A DNA stretch of 64,000 nucleotides from the human T2T-CHM13v2.0 reference genome, Homo sapiens, in NCBI RefSeq assembly GCF_009914755.1, contig NC_060939.1, one strand, 5' to 3'. Position 1 is the first letter of the stretch. Every line of letters begins with the position of its first letter. The notes beneath the pieces are model-generated. The model was given only the letters and a program-made list of their open reading frames with translations, was not told the DNA's origin and searched no databases. Made by a program: the position numbers and the translations under genes. Shown here piece after piece: positions 30,964 through 43,700 of this stretch.

Positions 30964-31204
30964 GCCATGAGATGTTACTAATGGTCTCCTACACAATGCC
31001 TTCCAGTGAAGGTTGTATTTCCATCAGAGTCCTGGCTTAGTAGCTGGAAATTTGGTAATTTGAGCAAGCGGAAATCTCTCATCAACAATAACGGAACACA
31101 GCATAGAGCAGTACTGTGGCATTAACTGCATATCACTCCCCACCACTGATGGTGCTGCCGCCCCAGACTCTGGTGGGTCCAAGCTACAGAACCCAGCTCC
31201 TTAC

Positions 31205-31340
31205 CGTGACTGGCAGGGGTGCAAGTTGCACCTTCGGACCTGGGGCTCTGGGCGGCTTGCTTGAGGGCAGTCACTGTCGTTCACCAGAGTTGTGGTCTTG
31301 TTGACAATCCGTGTACACGAGACGATGGTTCTGCGCTCCC
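31205..31340 (-). CDS. ADAMTS17: ADAMTS17 exon (136 nt, phase 1-2): [46 protein letters not shown], completing the TSP1 repeat
   Basis: Acceptor GTTTCCAG|GGGAG and donor CACG|GTAAGG. In frame with the previous exon, with the TSR cysteine pattern (ORF 31201..31413). Confidence 0.96.
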
Positions 31341-32034
31341 CTGGAAACCAAACCACAGGGAGCTGAGAGACTGTGGCTGCACCCACGTGGAAAGGCTGGG
31401 CTTGCATGCCCATGAAAGCATGTTTGGGTGCTGCTGATGGTCACTTGGTCATTTAAAGTGACTGCTGTAAATGTCATGTGGGTTTTTAGAGAGGAAGAAC
31501 TATAATCGTAGGGAGGAGAGTACAAGACACAGAAGGCAGAGTGGGGCCCTGGAAGATTCTAGAACAAGATAAGAAAGCAGCAACACCTCAGATCAGCGGT
31601 GTCCTTGGACAGCTTGGGGTTCGTTGATTTGGGCCTTTGATTTCCAAAGATTGCTCATCTTTTTATCTGCTTGTTTGATGTTTAAAGTCTATGGAGATCT
31701 GATCTCAATTAAAGACCTGCACATTAGCCCTCAGCAGAGTCTGGCTACCTATTACAGAATTCCTGCTTGCTGCGGAGAAGTGGGAGATGAGGAGTCTGGT
31801 CTGGAAGACACGCAGACCTGCATCCTCTAGACAGGCATTCCAGAGCCATTCTGACTTGTCTAGCCAGCCAGCTGGTACTTATGGCTGAGCCCCCACCTGC
31901 TCTTGGGAAGCTTTGCTAATTCATTATCCCAAATAGATGTAGCCCTTCTTATGGGTGTTCCCAGAGCACCCTAAACACTGCACGGCCATGCCTTTGTCAC
32001 CCTAAATACTGCACGGCCATGCCTTTGTCAGGCA

Positions 32035-32310
32035 GGCTGAGTGACTGGGAGTTAGGAGGGTGGCCCTTGGAGCCAGGCTGTCTGGGTTCAAGTCTTGGCT
32101 GTATCACAAATAGCATCACAGTGGCCATAGTGTCAACAGTTGGCCACCATGCTTCTGTGTCTCAGTTTCCTCAAGCAGCCTGGTTTGCTTAACTTCCCTG
32201 TGCCTCAGGGTGCCTCAGTGATGATTAAAATAAACAAATATATATGGTGTCCATAGAACAGAACCTGGCAGGTGGCTAACACTTCATCTTAGCTCTATTG
32301 CTGTCATTAT
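32035..32310 (+). mobile_element. MIR SINE
   Basis: ggagccaggctgtctgggttcaagtcttggct...tctgtgtctcagtttcctca...agaacagaacctggca. Confidence 0.6.
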
Positions 32311-33919
32311 TATTATTTGGGAAGAGTGACAATAAAAGATTAATAGGGAGTCAAGCACAACTATTTGGATCCTGGGCTCCCTGCTGGGTCTGTGTCCTGG
32401 GCAATTTGTCATGTAGGGATGACTCGAAATCATGGAGACCTGAACTCCACTGCCAGTTGCTGCTGCCCCACATGGCAGCCTTGCATGAGTACAGAAAGCA
32501 CGGAACTGCTTTCAGCTTTGGTGGCAGGTCTGACCACTGTGTCAGGAAGCTGGAAGTCATCAGTGTCATAAAAGGATTGCCACCAAGCCAACAGCAACAG
32601 AACAGCCTGCCCCTGACCCCAGGAGAGCCTGACTATTCCATGTGGGCTATGCTTAGTTTGCAACAAGCTGCCCAAGAGGAAAACCTGGCTGGAATCAGAG
32701 GTAGATGTGTCAGCTGGATTTGGAGGTTGAAAGGCCATCGGCACAAGCGGCAGCTAAGGGCTGAGGGGGAGAAGGCCCCCCGGGGAGAGGTGCAGAGTGG
32801 AGGATGCAGGGCTGATGGTGGTATCCGGAGGCTATGCCAACTGCCGCAGGGCTGTTGCAGGAATAGGCTAAGCACAGACAGTGAGGGTGGTTGGCCAAGA
32901 TGCCCAGGAAGAAACTCCTGTGTGTCTATAACTCCTACCCATGAAAAATGGGATGAATCCCTTAAATGGTAAGCAATGCTTTACATATTGGACATCTAAC
33001 AAAAGTTATCCAAGCAGTCAATAGGTGCTCAGGACTAGGGATGGCGGGGGCTATGCCCGGGGTTCCACTCCATTATCCAACTCTCTGGGTTGGCCTACCA
33101 GAGTCCAGGTCAACCTTCTGTCCCAACTCTTTGTCCACTAAAATCCACCCACCCTGTGTTCCATCTCCCATGACCCTTCTATGTGCCCTGCTAGGGTGAC
33201 AAACAGCACTGTACTAAGAAACTGCTGGCTCAGAGTTCAGAATGGCTTCCTATTGCCCCCTCTCAATGACACAACAATAAACACAATGCCTTTTGGTCAT
33301 ATTGATTCTTGCTGTACGACAGGCTCTTTGGCTCACCCTGTGGACCCTGCAGTGTGCATGAGAGACAACCACCCTATTTCAGAAGTGAAGAAACATGGGG
33401 TAGAGAGAGGAAGTCATTTGCTGAGGTCAAGCAGGAAGTTGTGCAGTCAGGACTCATGCTCAGAACGTTTCACCCGACTTGCAGGACTTTTTCTTTCCAT
33501 TGTATCCTGGAGTGAGGTGACTGTGGCCAAGAGGGAAGGGAATTTGGGAGCGGGCAGAGACATGCTCTGGTGCCCCTCCAGCAAGCGGCAGCAGCTGAAG
33601 GTCTATTCTGTTTATTCCCAGGGTCCACCTGTCACACCCGAGATGTAATCATACATCAGCCAAACCCCGCTTCACCCACAGGTCAGAGCTGTGGGGCCCT
33701 GGGCCCCAGGCAAAGCAGAGGTATGGGCATGACCCTAGTGTGGGAGTTGGGAAGACTCTGTCCAAGTATTCTGCAGAGAGATTTTCGGTGGGATATGGTT
33801 AAATTCCCATGGAGCTACAGGTTGCAGATGTCTCACACTCTGCGTGCTGGCCACAGATGCCTTTCTCCTTCCTTCAGCAAAACCCCACACCCAACAGGTC
33901 ATGGACCACGGCCACTCAC

Positions 33920-34079
33920 CTCCGCCGCACTGCACACTGCACCCTTCCCAGCCGCTGTGGGTCCAGATGAACAAAGAGTCCTGCGGTTTTTCTGGTTCGC
34001 TTTGATTTTCCGCAGTGCGGTTTACAGGAACAGTGTATTCATAATGAATTCCATAATCTTGGTCGTGAAATAACAACAC
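33920..34079 (-). CDS. ADAMTS17: ADAMTS17 exon (160 nt, phase 0-1): spacer end and start of a TSP1 repeat, [15 protein letters not shown]...[15 protein letters not shown]
   Basis: Acceptor ATCCAG|GTGTTG and donor GGAG|GTGAGT. Contains the WxxxxWxxCSxxCGGG TSR motif (ORF 33735..34151). Confidence 0.97.
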
Positions 34080-36246
34080 CTGGATCAGCCGCAAAACAAA
34101 AGGCCATTTTGAAAAGGAAGGAAGGCCCGTGGGATTGCCGAATCTGCACACACAGGCACACTGCGGCTGTTTCTTTATGAGGGGTAACCAGCTCTTTTCT
34201 GGGGCTGAAAACAGGTTCCACTGAGGGTGCTCCTTTATCTCAGCCCTGGATTCCTCAGGGACTCAACTGAGGAGTGGGGTGAATGCAAACCATCGTGAGG
34301 GAGTTCTGTTCTTTCCTACCCAAGAGAGAGACCAGCTTAGACTAGGAGCTTTAGGATAAGTGACTCTGAAACCTCTCACTGCACTTTTGATGGAGAGCTG
34401 CGTCACGCAGAGAACAGTCCACATTCCTGCATGCTCACCCACAAAGCTGCCCTTGCAGACAGGAAAGACACAGATAAACTTTTACCTAGAAAGGCATCAG
34501 AGCAATTGGGGTGACTCTATTTCTTTGGAAATGAACATCTTCCTTCACTCCCCATCATCAATCACTGCTGTGTCAGTTGGTCCAGAGAGTCAGGAGTAAG
34601 GCAAGCTCAAGGGCAAAATGCAGCTCACTGGTGATACTGATTCTGCAAACAATGTGTACACCCCAGTTTGGGGACCATGGCTTTCTATATAGAGGCAAAG
34701 GGGCACCTCTCATTTTCAGTTTTAAAATCTTGAAGTGACAATCACATTTTGAAAGAAAAGCCATCAATATTAAGCGAGGGCTGAAACTTCAGTTACGGTA
34801 GTAGTTGCTTTCTCCGAGTTTTGTTCATCCTGGTCTGAATGAATCCAGGCTGGGGACTTCACTTTAACGGGCTAACCACTTGCTCAGTTTACAAAGGCTT
34901 TTGGTGAAAAGGGAAATACATTCACATTGGTGTTTGCTAGAGAAAGCAAATTCTCATGCTAATAGGTGAAGTTTCAGTACAGGTTTTATGTTTTGCCTCC
35001 TCTCTTAGTCCCTCTGAATAACTGCTTTTAACTCAGAATAGGAGGATTTGTTCTGACTGTGACTAGGGAACAATCTTATCCCAGATAAATGACTTAGGTA
35101 CACATTCTTGGGTCCCAGAAACCTACTTGCAGGAACGTATTTGCAGTGGACTTAGCGGGCTGAGAGGTGCGCTGGCAGATTTCTACATGGTTTGGTTGCA
35201 CATGAAAACTGCCTTACCTTTGTCTCCCCAGAAATTTTAACGGGGTTAACACCACTACGGGGCAACGCCCACCCTGGGGGCCAGCGCTCCCCGGCAGAGC
35301 CAGCCTCCTCAGGAGATTCCCTGGGCAATGGCTAGAAAATCTTTTGGGTGTCAACTAACCTGGAACACTTACAGGCTGCCAGAGATCACAAATTAACGGG
35401 GAAGAAGAACTTCCACGGAGAGACTCTGGCAGGCACTGTGGACAAAGCGTGTTTTGATTACAGGGGCACAAGCTGCCACAAATCCTGTTTTTTGGAAGGA
35501 GACCCGGAATCGATAATGATGAGCCATCAGAAGTTAGCCATGAGAACTCCTGGATCTTGAGACGGAAGCAGGGCGCTCCATTCCCTGGAGATCTCTGACA
35601 TGTTTAAAAGGAGGCATCACTGATGTTTCAGTGGCTTGCATGGAGGCCTCCCTGAGACAACAGGTAAGACGGCGCCCTGGCCTGGCCCAATGGCTCACAG
35701 GTTTCTGGAGGTCCCCTGGGGAGTAGAATACCCGCATCATCTGATCCCCCTCCCTGATTCCCAAATGCTCGTTGCAAGCTGGGTCTGTGAAACCTGAGGG
35801 ATTCCAGTTCGGACCTGGAGTCATAGTTCATTTCCGAAAGGTAATGATATACACTCTGTGCAGGCAGATCTATGCATCTCACCAACCGATGCAAAAACAG
35901 ACTTGGAGTGGGGCTGTCTGCTTAATGAGGCCAAGTCTCCCTGGCTGCCATCCACGTGGCTAAGCATTTCCTTCTTTGAGGCAGCTCCTTTTGAAAAAGA
36001 TAGGAGCTCGGCCAGGGAAGAGCCAGGGGAAGCAATGAGAGAATTCTGAAGCAAGTTGTGCAAGGGACTGGAAAAGAAAGGACCCAGAGAGGGGAGAGGA
36101 CTGAGCAGCAGGGGACGGCATAAACCCCTGGAAGCCAGATGCATTTCCTGCCCCCGAGGTCCCAGGCAGAAGTAAACTGGAAAGTAACCTAGTAGACCTC
36201 TCGGAGCCACACCCCCTAAGACAAGTGTGGAAGCCCAGCAAGTTAC

Positions 36247-36404
36247 CATCAAGTGCAGCGGTAGTTTGGTTGGTCCCTTGGCAGAGATCTTCTCCCACAG
36301 CCCCCTTCTCACATAGCGAACAGTTGTGCCTGCAATCTGGAACTCTCCGGGGAGCTCTATCTTCCAGTCACTGTTGATGGACCCCTTACCCGAGTCTTTG
36401 AGAG
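36247..36404 (-). CDS. ADAMTS17: ADAMTS17 spacer exon (158 nt, phase 1-0): [53 protein letters not shown]
   Basis: Acceptor TTTCTAG|CTCTC and donor ATG|GTAACT. Peptide lies within ORF 35821..36435 and matches the ADAMTS17 spacer as I recall it. Confidence 0.96.
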
Positions 36405-38711
36405 CTAGAAAGCAAATTGAAGACCAAAGAATCAAGGGGCTGGCGGTAGGGGGATCCAGCCTGTCTTTAAACGGAATCTACAGCCCCTGAGTGGGGCAGA
36501 GGTCTCCCTTCCACAGGGGGAAGGAGGGAGGCCTGAAGCGAGAGAAGGCGAGTGCTCTGTGTACTGAGAACAAAAGCCTGGATCGCAGGGAGCACGGAGA
36601 TGCAGACCCCTAGGATCCCCAGGGAGAGCTGTGGGATTGATGGGCACCTTTCAGCCTGGGCTTCTGTCTCAAAACCAACTCAGATAGCTGGGGTTAGGGG
36701 TGGAGGGGCAGGGAATGGAGAAGACCATGGTCTGATATCATTTCACTAAACTTACCCAGCAGATGGTTTTCTGCCTGATGAATTCATTCCATTTTAATGT
36801 GTCCCAGGCTACAAACCAGGTTTTGCTGCTTTAGCAAAACTCATCAGTTCCCTTTCCTATTACCTACCTGGGGTTCCAGAAGGAGAAGAGCCCATCTCCA
36901 GCACCTCTTAAGGATCTGATATCCCCCCATTACTAAAGTGGACGTCCCTTCAATCAATAACCATTACTCTGTTAAGTATGAATGTTTGGAAACCCTAGCC
37001 ACCCACAGATGTGGTGGTCACACTTGGCAGCTGTGGACGAGCAGTGGTTGGGGGCTGAGCGTAGCAGGGGAGAGGCACTCTCACACCCTAGCTCTGTGGG
37101 CTTCAGGTTCTCACGTTTGCTCACCCACATCTCTACCAGGGACAGCCTGTGCCAGGAGGGGCTGAGAATCAACATGCTGCTGACGGGCCATAAGCAGAAA
37201 CTTGGTTTTCCACACAAGCCATGTATTTACTATTTTCTGAGTCGCTCACCAGGATTTTTCTTGTGTCTTCCCACTTCGGGGTGAAGATCATGTGGTTCTC
37301 ATGAGGACAGCACTCTACAGTGACATCCTATTTTGTTGCTGCTGTTATTTAGGGAAAAAAAAATCCCAACAACTAAAACCTATTCTGGCATTTTAGGAGA
37401 AGTCGGCAGATGACAAGAGGTGACAGTAAGTCTGTCATTTCCCAAAATGGGAACTCCAGGGCACCCTCAGTCCTATGCCCACACTCCCTGTACACACAAC
37501 TGGAGCCCCAAGGACACCCCAAACTGATCTACATATATCTCATTGGGACCCTACTCAGTCCATATCAATGAAATCAGATTCTGCTGCATTGACTGTTCTC
37601 TGCTTACTGAGGCCAGAAATAAAATGCCCACATTTAATACTGATTTTGGAAAATGAGAGTTGAAACCCAAAAGGGGTTTTGGTTACTGCTGAATTCATCA
37701 GCCCCAGGCTGGAGCAGGCCACAAGCAACAGAGGGTCACTGGGTAGTCACTGGCCTCAGTTCTTGTCTCCAGGACATTATGGTCCCACTGCTCGCTCCCG
37801 GCAAACACACAGACGCAGGCTCAGGGCTTCTCGTGTTAGAGGGACTGCCAAGAGAAACAGGTTCCTCGCTTCTAGGAACTTTCCAGCAGAGTGGCTTCCA
37901 GTGGGGTCTCGTATCCAGGGTGGCTATGAGAGGCTGAGGATTATAGGACTCCAGGGACAGCTTAGGAAAGAGAAAGCCCTGCCACTTGGAGCCGAATCTG
38001 TTTCCCTTCAAGAAATCCAACCCACAACTGAACTGTCCTGGCTATGAAAAGGAGGTGAGAATGTTGGGACGCCCACAGTTTCCTCTCCTTTTTCTCTTCT
38101 TCTGCCACCATCTGCAAACTGCCATTTAAGGTGCATATTCTCTAGGTTGGCTCTTTCATATACTCTGACCCATTTAATCTTCTCAACAACCCTCTGAATT
38201 ATTGTCATCACTTCATGGGTGAGGCAATGGGGGCAGAGAGAAGTACCTTGCCCAAAATCACAAAGCTATTCAGTTGTAGAGTGGAGACCTGAATCCAACA
38301 GACCAACCCTACTGCACTTATCACTCTGACAACTTTCAATTCCCATTTCTTTAGCATCAGTCTAGATTTTATGACTAATGCTGAAATGTGCAAAGGTAAG
38401 GCCTGTTTTCAAAAAGGACAAATTCTACGCTCTGTTACAGGGTTTCATATTCTATATACCCTTACAACAGTGACTGATTTCACGGATTTCCAATGCTTCT
38501 AGTGAGCTAATAATGCAAATACATACTTGGTTATATTAACTATAGGCAAATATAGGCAAAGGGTGCATGGACGTTCATCATTCTTTCAAGCTTTCTGCAG
38601 GTTTAGAAAATTGTCTCTTGCATATGCATGTGTCTATTTGGTTTTAGGATCCAGTGTGGGCTGGTGGGAAGGAGCAGATAGAAAAAACCAAGGGGCCAGA
38701 GTCCTTTAAGA

Positions 38712-39072
38712 CAGCAGTCCCCAGGACTGCTTTTTGGGACTAGGGACTGGTTTCGTGGAAGGCAATTTTTCCACAGACCAGGGGGTTGGGGGAAGTGGGG
38801 TGGCGGGGGATGGTTTTGGGATGAAACTTTCCACCTCAGATCATCAGCCATTAGATTCTCATAAGGCATGCACAACCCAGATCCCTTGCACGTGCCATTC
38901 ACAATAGGGTTTGCGCTCCTATGAGAATCTAATGTCCCACTTCTGATCTGACAGGAGGCGCAGCTCAGGCGGTCACGCTCGCTCGCAGGGCACTCACCTG
39001 CTGCTGTGCAGCCTGGCTCCTAACAGACCATGGACTACTGCTGGTCCGCAACCTGGGGTCTGGGGACTTCTG
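38712..39072. mobile_element. MER1B hAT-Charlie element
   Basis: Ends cagcagtcccc / ggggacttctg; attagattctcataagg and ctcctatgagaatctaatg inner inverted motif; 8-bp TSD ctttaaga/cttgaaga. Confidence 0.88.
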
Positions 39073-40480
39073 CTTGAAGAAACACCTCAGAAAGCATAAG
39101 TTGGGGGAACAGCAGATGTACCCTGCCATTCCCTCAGCCTATTTTGAGGGCCTCCTCACTGCTGGCTAAAGACAGACACAGCTCTTGCTCCCAGGGAGCT
39201 CACAGTTTGGAAGGGAGAGAGAGAAAAGATGAACATAACACAATTTCACAAGCTTTATGGTAAGGTGCCTCCGGGGCCCGGGAATGTTGTGGGACGGGGC
39301 AGATGGGGAAGGCTTCCTGGGATAAGCCCGCTTTCAGCTGAGCGTGTAAGACAGGGAGAGGAGACAACGCCACCCGCAGTGTGTGGCTCAGTGGTGTGTG
39401 GCTGCCTGCAGTGTGTGAGGCAGGACGGTCATTCCGGATCCTCAGAGGCCAGGACTGCTAAGATCAGTTCTGGGCGGGGTGATGGAGGGAGGAAGGCACA
39501 GCACCCCATATGGAGAAGCAAGTGGAAGGTAAAGTTTTTTCCACTTTTCAGAGGTTTGGCTGGGAAAAGGAGGCAAGAGAGGGAGAGTGGCCTCAGAGGG
39601 TGGGAAGAAGGAAGGGGCTCACTGTGAGGATAGAGGACACCCAGGCATGCTGAGGTGCCCTGTACAAAGGAGACAGAGATGAGCAAATGATTTCTTTGAA
39701 GCTGTGTGCTGACCACAGCCACACCAGGGCCTGCTCCGTAGAACCCATTTCTCTCACAAAGACCAGAGGGAAGCCAGGCAGCTGCTCTCCTCCTTGCTGG
39801 GCCACCAGCACGGACCGGCTGAGTCCCATATCCACACCCTGCCAGTGACAGACTCCAACACGGGCTGCCCTGAGCTGGGGCCCCAGGCTCGTCCCTGGTT
39901 CGTTGCTTCTGTGAACACCCACTGTGCCCATGACACGGCATCTGTTTCTCCCTTTAAGCAATGGTACCCAGGGTTTCTCCTGGGAACATGTTTTCCCTCC
40001 CGTCACGTGGGATTGAACCCCACAGTTCCAGGCACAGGCCCATCACCCAACCCCAAACAGGGGGACTTTTGTTCACCTTAGGAAAAGGCAGCTTTCTTCC
40101 CACAGGGTTTCCCAGAGACTGGATGTGAGCCTGGATCTACCAGCCCACAGGAAGATGTCCACAGAGAGGACAGGCAGGAGTGCCAGTGCGGAGAGAAACC
40201 GTTTCTCCTGTGACATCATTTTAAGCCCCTGGATCCAGCAGTGCCTGAAGCTGGTGCTCAGCAACTGAGAGCTGGGTTTGGCATTCACACATGCTTTTTG
40301 GAGGTTGGGTTAAAAAAAAGCTAATCACGATGAGGGCAGAACAGGCGAGGAAAGAAAATTACTATTACAGCTTCCTATAAATAGGCCCCAGATGTTTACC
40401 ACCCAGCTGAGTACCCCTGAGAGGCAGAAGGCCTGGCACACTCCACCCCTGCCTCAAACTCCCTCCAGGGCCTCTGCCCA

Positions 40481-40740
40481 TATCCCAGCACTAACACCTC
40501 TATCCCAGCTCTAACCCTCCTATCCCGGCTCTAACACCCCTATCCCAGCTCCAACACCCCTATTCCGGCTCCAACACTCCTATCCCAGCTCTGACCCTCC
40601 TATCCCGGCTCTGACACCCCTATCCCGGCTCTAACCCTCCTATCCCGGCTCTAACACCCCTATCCCGGCTCTAACACCCCTATCCCGGCTCTAACACCCC
40701 TATCCCGGCTCTAACCCTCCTATCCCAGCTCTAACACTCC
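40481..40740. repeat. Minisatellite, 13 x 20-bp unit TATCCCRGCTCTAACMCYCC
   Basis: Units counted directly at 20-bp period from 40481 to 40740. Confidence 0.97.
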
Positions 40741-43700
40741 TGAGGAGGTGACTCTTTCTCCACTGGCCTTGTTTATGTATTCCTCGGGCCCTTTTTTTAA
40801 AGATGTTTTAAAGTGACTCTGAATGACAACCTACAAACTACCCCACTTCCATGCCAAAAGTAAAACATCTGGGAAGTCAAGAGTGAAAAGGCCCAAAAAA
40901 GGGCAGGAGGGCACACCTGGAGACGGTTATAAGACCATCCTCAGAAACGCTGCACAGAGGTGGCGGCTGGCCTGGGGAAGCCCTGCTTCTGCCATCGGAG
41001 GCCCGACACTGGGCGGCAGCAGCAGCAGCAACTACAGCACGAGGTGGAGGTAGAGCCACTAGGGCCTTGGAGCCTGCCATCCTCTGATCACCGGAGCGGG
41101 GTCTTGCTTGTCTGTAGCGGAATGGGTGGGAGAGGTGTCAGGAAGAGGGCTACTGGAGGCCACGGAGGAGTCACTGGGTATGGTCAAGGAATTGTGGGAT
41201 AGGAAAGCGAAAGAGGCTGCGGCTGACGGACAAACCCAGGCAAGCTCAACTGCTGATGGGAAGGAACATACTGGACAACAGAGTGCTAGCGGCAGCCGGT
41301 TCTCTGGGGAAAATAGCCTAGAGTCATGGCGTATTTGCTTCCCAAAGTGTAAATACCCTCACCATGACAGATTTTGCCATCCACCTGGCATCAGTGAACA
41401 AGGAGTGGGGAAGAGATGCCTCTAATTGGCTCTCACAAGCCACACACAGCTGTGGGGGCACTCCAACGAATTCTGAAGATGCTTGTCTTTGCTTTCGAGG
41501 TCCTGGTCTGGAGCCGATGAGTTGGAGAACTCCTGCACAATCACAACTTGTTTGAGGCCAGGCGTGGGTTTGGGGTCAGCTCTCACAGCCCCAGAAAGAA
41601 TACACTTGGCATGCCCACGCACTGCCTGTGGCCATCGCCGCAGTGGCTGCAAGTTCTGGCGCACTGCAAATGCAGCTTTCCAGCTCAGAGCCTGCACGCC
41701 TCTCCTCGGGACAGCGTGCTCCTAGCCACGCATTTGTGTATCTCCCGGGGAGAGGAAAACACAGGCAGAGTTATTAGCAGGAGGTCAGCAGAGCCAGGAG
41801 GCATAGGGGTTACTTCCAACCTTTTCACTTTGGTGTCACTTAGCAAGATTCCAAATTTGCAATTTGCCGTGGTCCATCTGAAAAATCATAACTTCCTGCT
41901 AAAATCAGAAGTTCGCGCCTGACATCCCTCAAAAGAGATGTCAGCCTCAGAGATTCCTTTGGGACGTCAAGATCATTTTTAACAGTGAATAAATAGGTTC
42001 ATTGTGGAGTCCCAAGAACAATGACTTCATGGGGCCATGTCAAATCCAGAGAGACAATGCAGGTCACCTCCTGGCCCCTTCTGTGGCAGCTTGGGTTGCT
42101 CTCCTGCCTTGCGTTAGCTGCAGAGTGGGGTCTGCAAAGGCCTATGAGGCCCATGAGGCTGCAGCTCCAGGCACCTCTGGAGGAGTCCTTTCCACAGCCC
42201 TATGCATAATGTATTTTTTTTCCTGAAAGACAACCTTCCAAATTAAATACATTTTGGGCTCTACAAGTTCCTGTCCCCTCAAACCTTGGGCATCAGTGAG
42301 TATCTCCAAGCCCCCTTTGTCTCTAAGTATTTTGAGATTAATTAGTGTGCACTTGAAATCAGGATATTGTTGGACCCAGAAAGCACTCCATGGGGCAATT
42401 AAAATGATTACGAATGCTTTGATTTTATGGGCAATTAACAGAGTGAAGAACAGGGGACTCCCCCAGTGATTTGATTTTATCTGTGAATTCTGAAGCTCTG
42501 GTTTGCTGGGGAGATTTTCCCTTGCTCATTTCGCCTGGGCCAGAGATTGGAAGTCTTAAATCACTACCCAAAACATAACTATGCTCACTTTTGTGGGTTT
42601 TGCTCAGAAGCTCTCAACAGTTAGACTTCTGTGGGGCACCACACGGGTGGGTACACTTTCCTTTGCCACCAGGGCAGAACAAAACCTTTGCAATGAGCTG
42701 GAGTGTGAGGTTACATGCAGAACGTCCATTTCGGTCTCTGGCCCTTCTTCCTCTCTGTGGACACTTACACACCATCCTGGTCTTCCAGGCACTGTGGGAA
42801 AGACCATGAGCCATTCCAGGGAGCGAGGTGGGGGCATTCCTGAGGGAAGGGCACTGCTCCTTTTCAGAGCTGGCTGGAGGCAGATGCGAGCTCTGACCCT
42901 GTCCACATGCCCCTCTCTGGCATGGAGCTGCACAGAAGCCCGAGTGGGGTTCTTTTAGTCTCTCTCCGTCCTAGCTTCACTGGAAGACCTGACCCACAGT
43001 CAACCTACTTCTAAACCTGGCAGCAAGTCAGCTCCTTTTATTTCCACTCGGAGTTCTGCCAGCTCTGTTCTTAGCTATGGATACAAACTGCCCAGGCATT
43101 TCCTGTTCCAGGTGGTTTTGAGCAGAAAGCCAGCCAGCGTGGGCTGAAGGTAGGTGGGGTGAAATTCTTCAGGAATTGCTCCCAGCAAATATGAGAGTAA
43201 TTCAAAGTAATTCAAAGTTACACTGGGTTGACTTCCAAAGCACCCAGCCCCGAGTGGAGACAAGGCCTTTTTGAACTAACTTTAGAAACATAATGAGTGT
43301 GGACCACCTTCAGGCTTGCCCGAATCCATCAGCCAGGCCCTGGAGTCCTGGGATTATGCCTTCTGGGTAAGATAAGGCAGGAAGCCGGCTCCAACCTCCC
43401 ACGGAGGCCCACTGCTTCTGGAGAGCTGAGCAGTCACCCCAAGACGTTAAACCAATCTCCGTGGGATGCAGGTTTGTTCCGAAGTGCATACAACGTAGTG
43501 GCAACAACAGGCAGGTTTAACTTGTGTTCTCCAATGAAAAGTCTCCATCCGGCAGTCTCTGGCCATGATTGGACAGAGTAATTCTGAGAGGCTCCATGAA
43601 CGGCAGCGAAATCAGAGGAGGTGGAGACCCTGGATGAGACACCAAGCCCCCTGAAGCTTCAGCTTGCCCCTCTAAGAAGGAAGCAGAGCAAGACCTTGCA

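Noticed and set aside
32298-32972. 224-aa + strand ORF
   Set aside because: Non-ATG start, no recognisable domain, overlaps old repeat-like sequence, antisense within an intron.
40481-40740. Regular repeat array as a CRISPR-like locus
   Set aside because: Head-to-tail units with no unique spacers in primate DNA; it is a minisatellite.
41012-41040. Short CAG run suggesting a polyQ coding exon
   Set aside because: Only about 4-5 interrupted triplets with no supporting splice or coding context.
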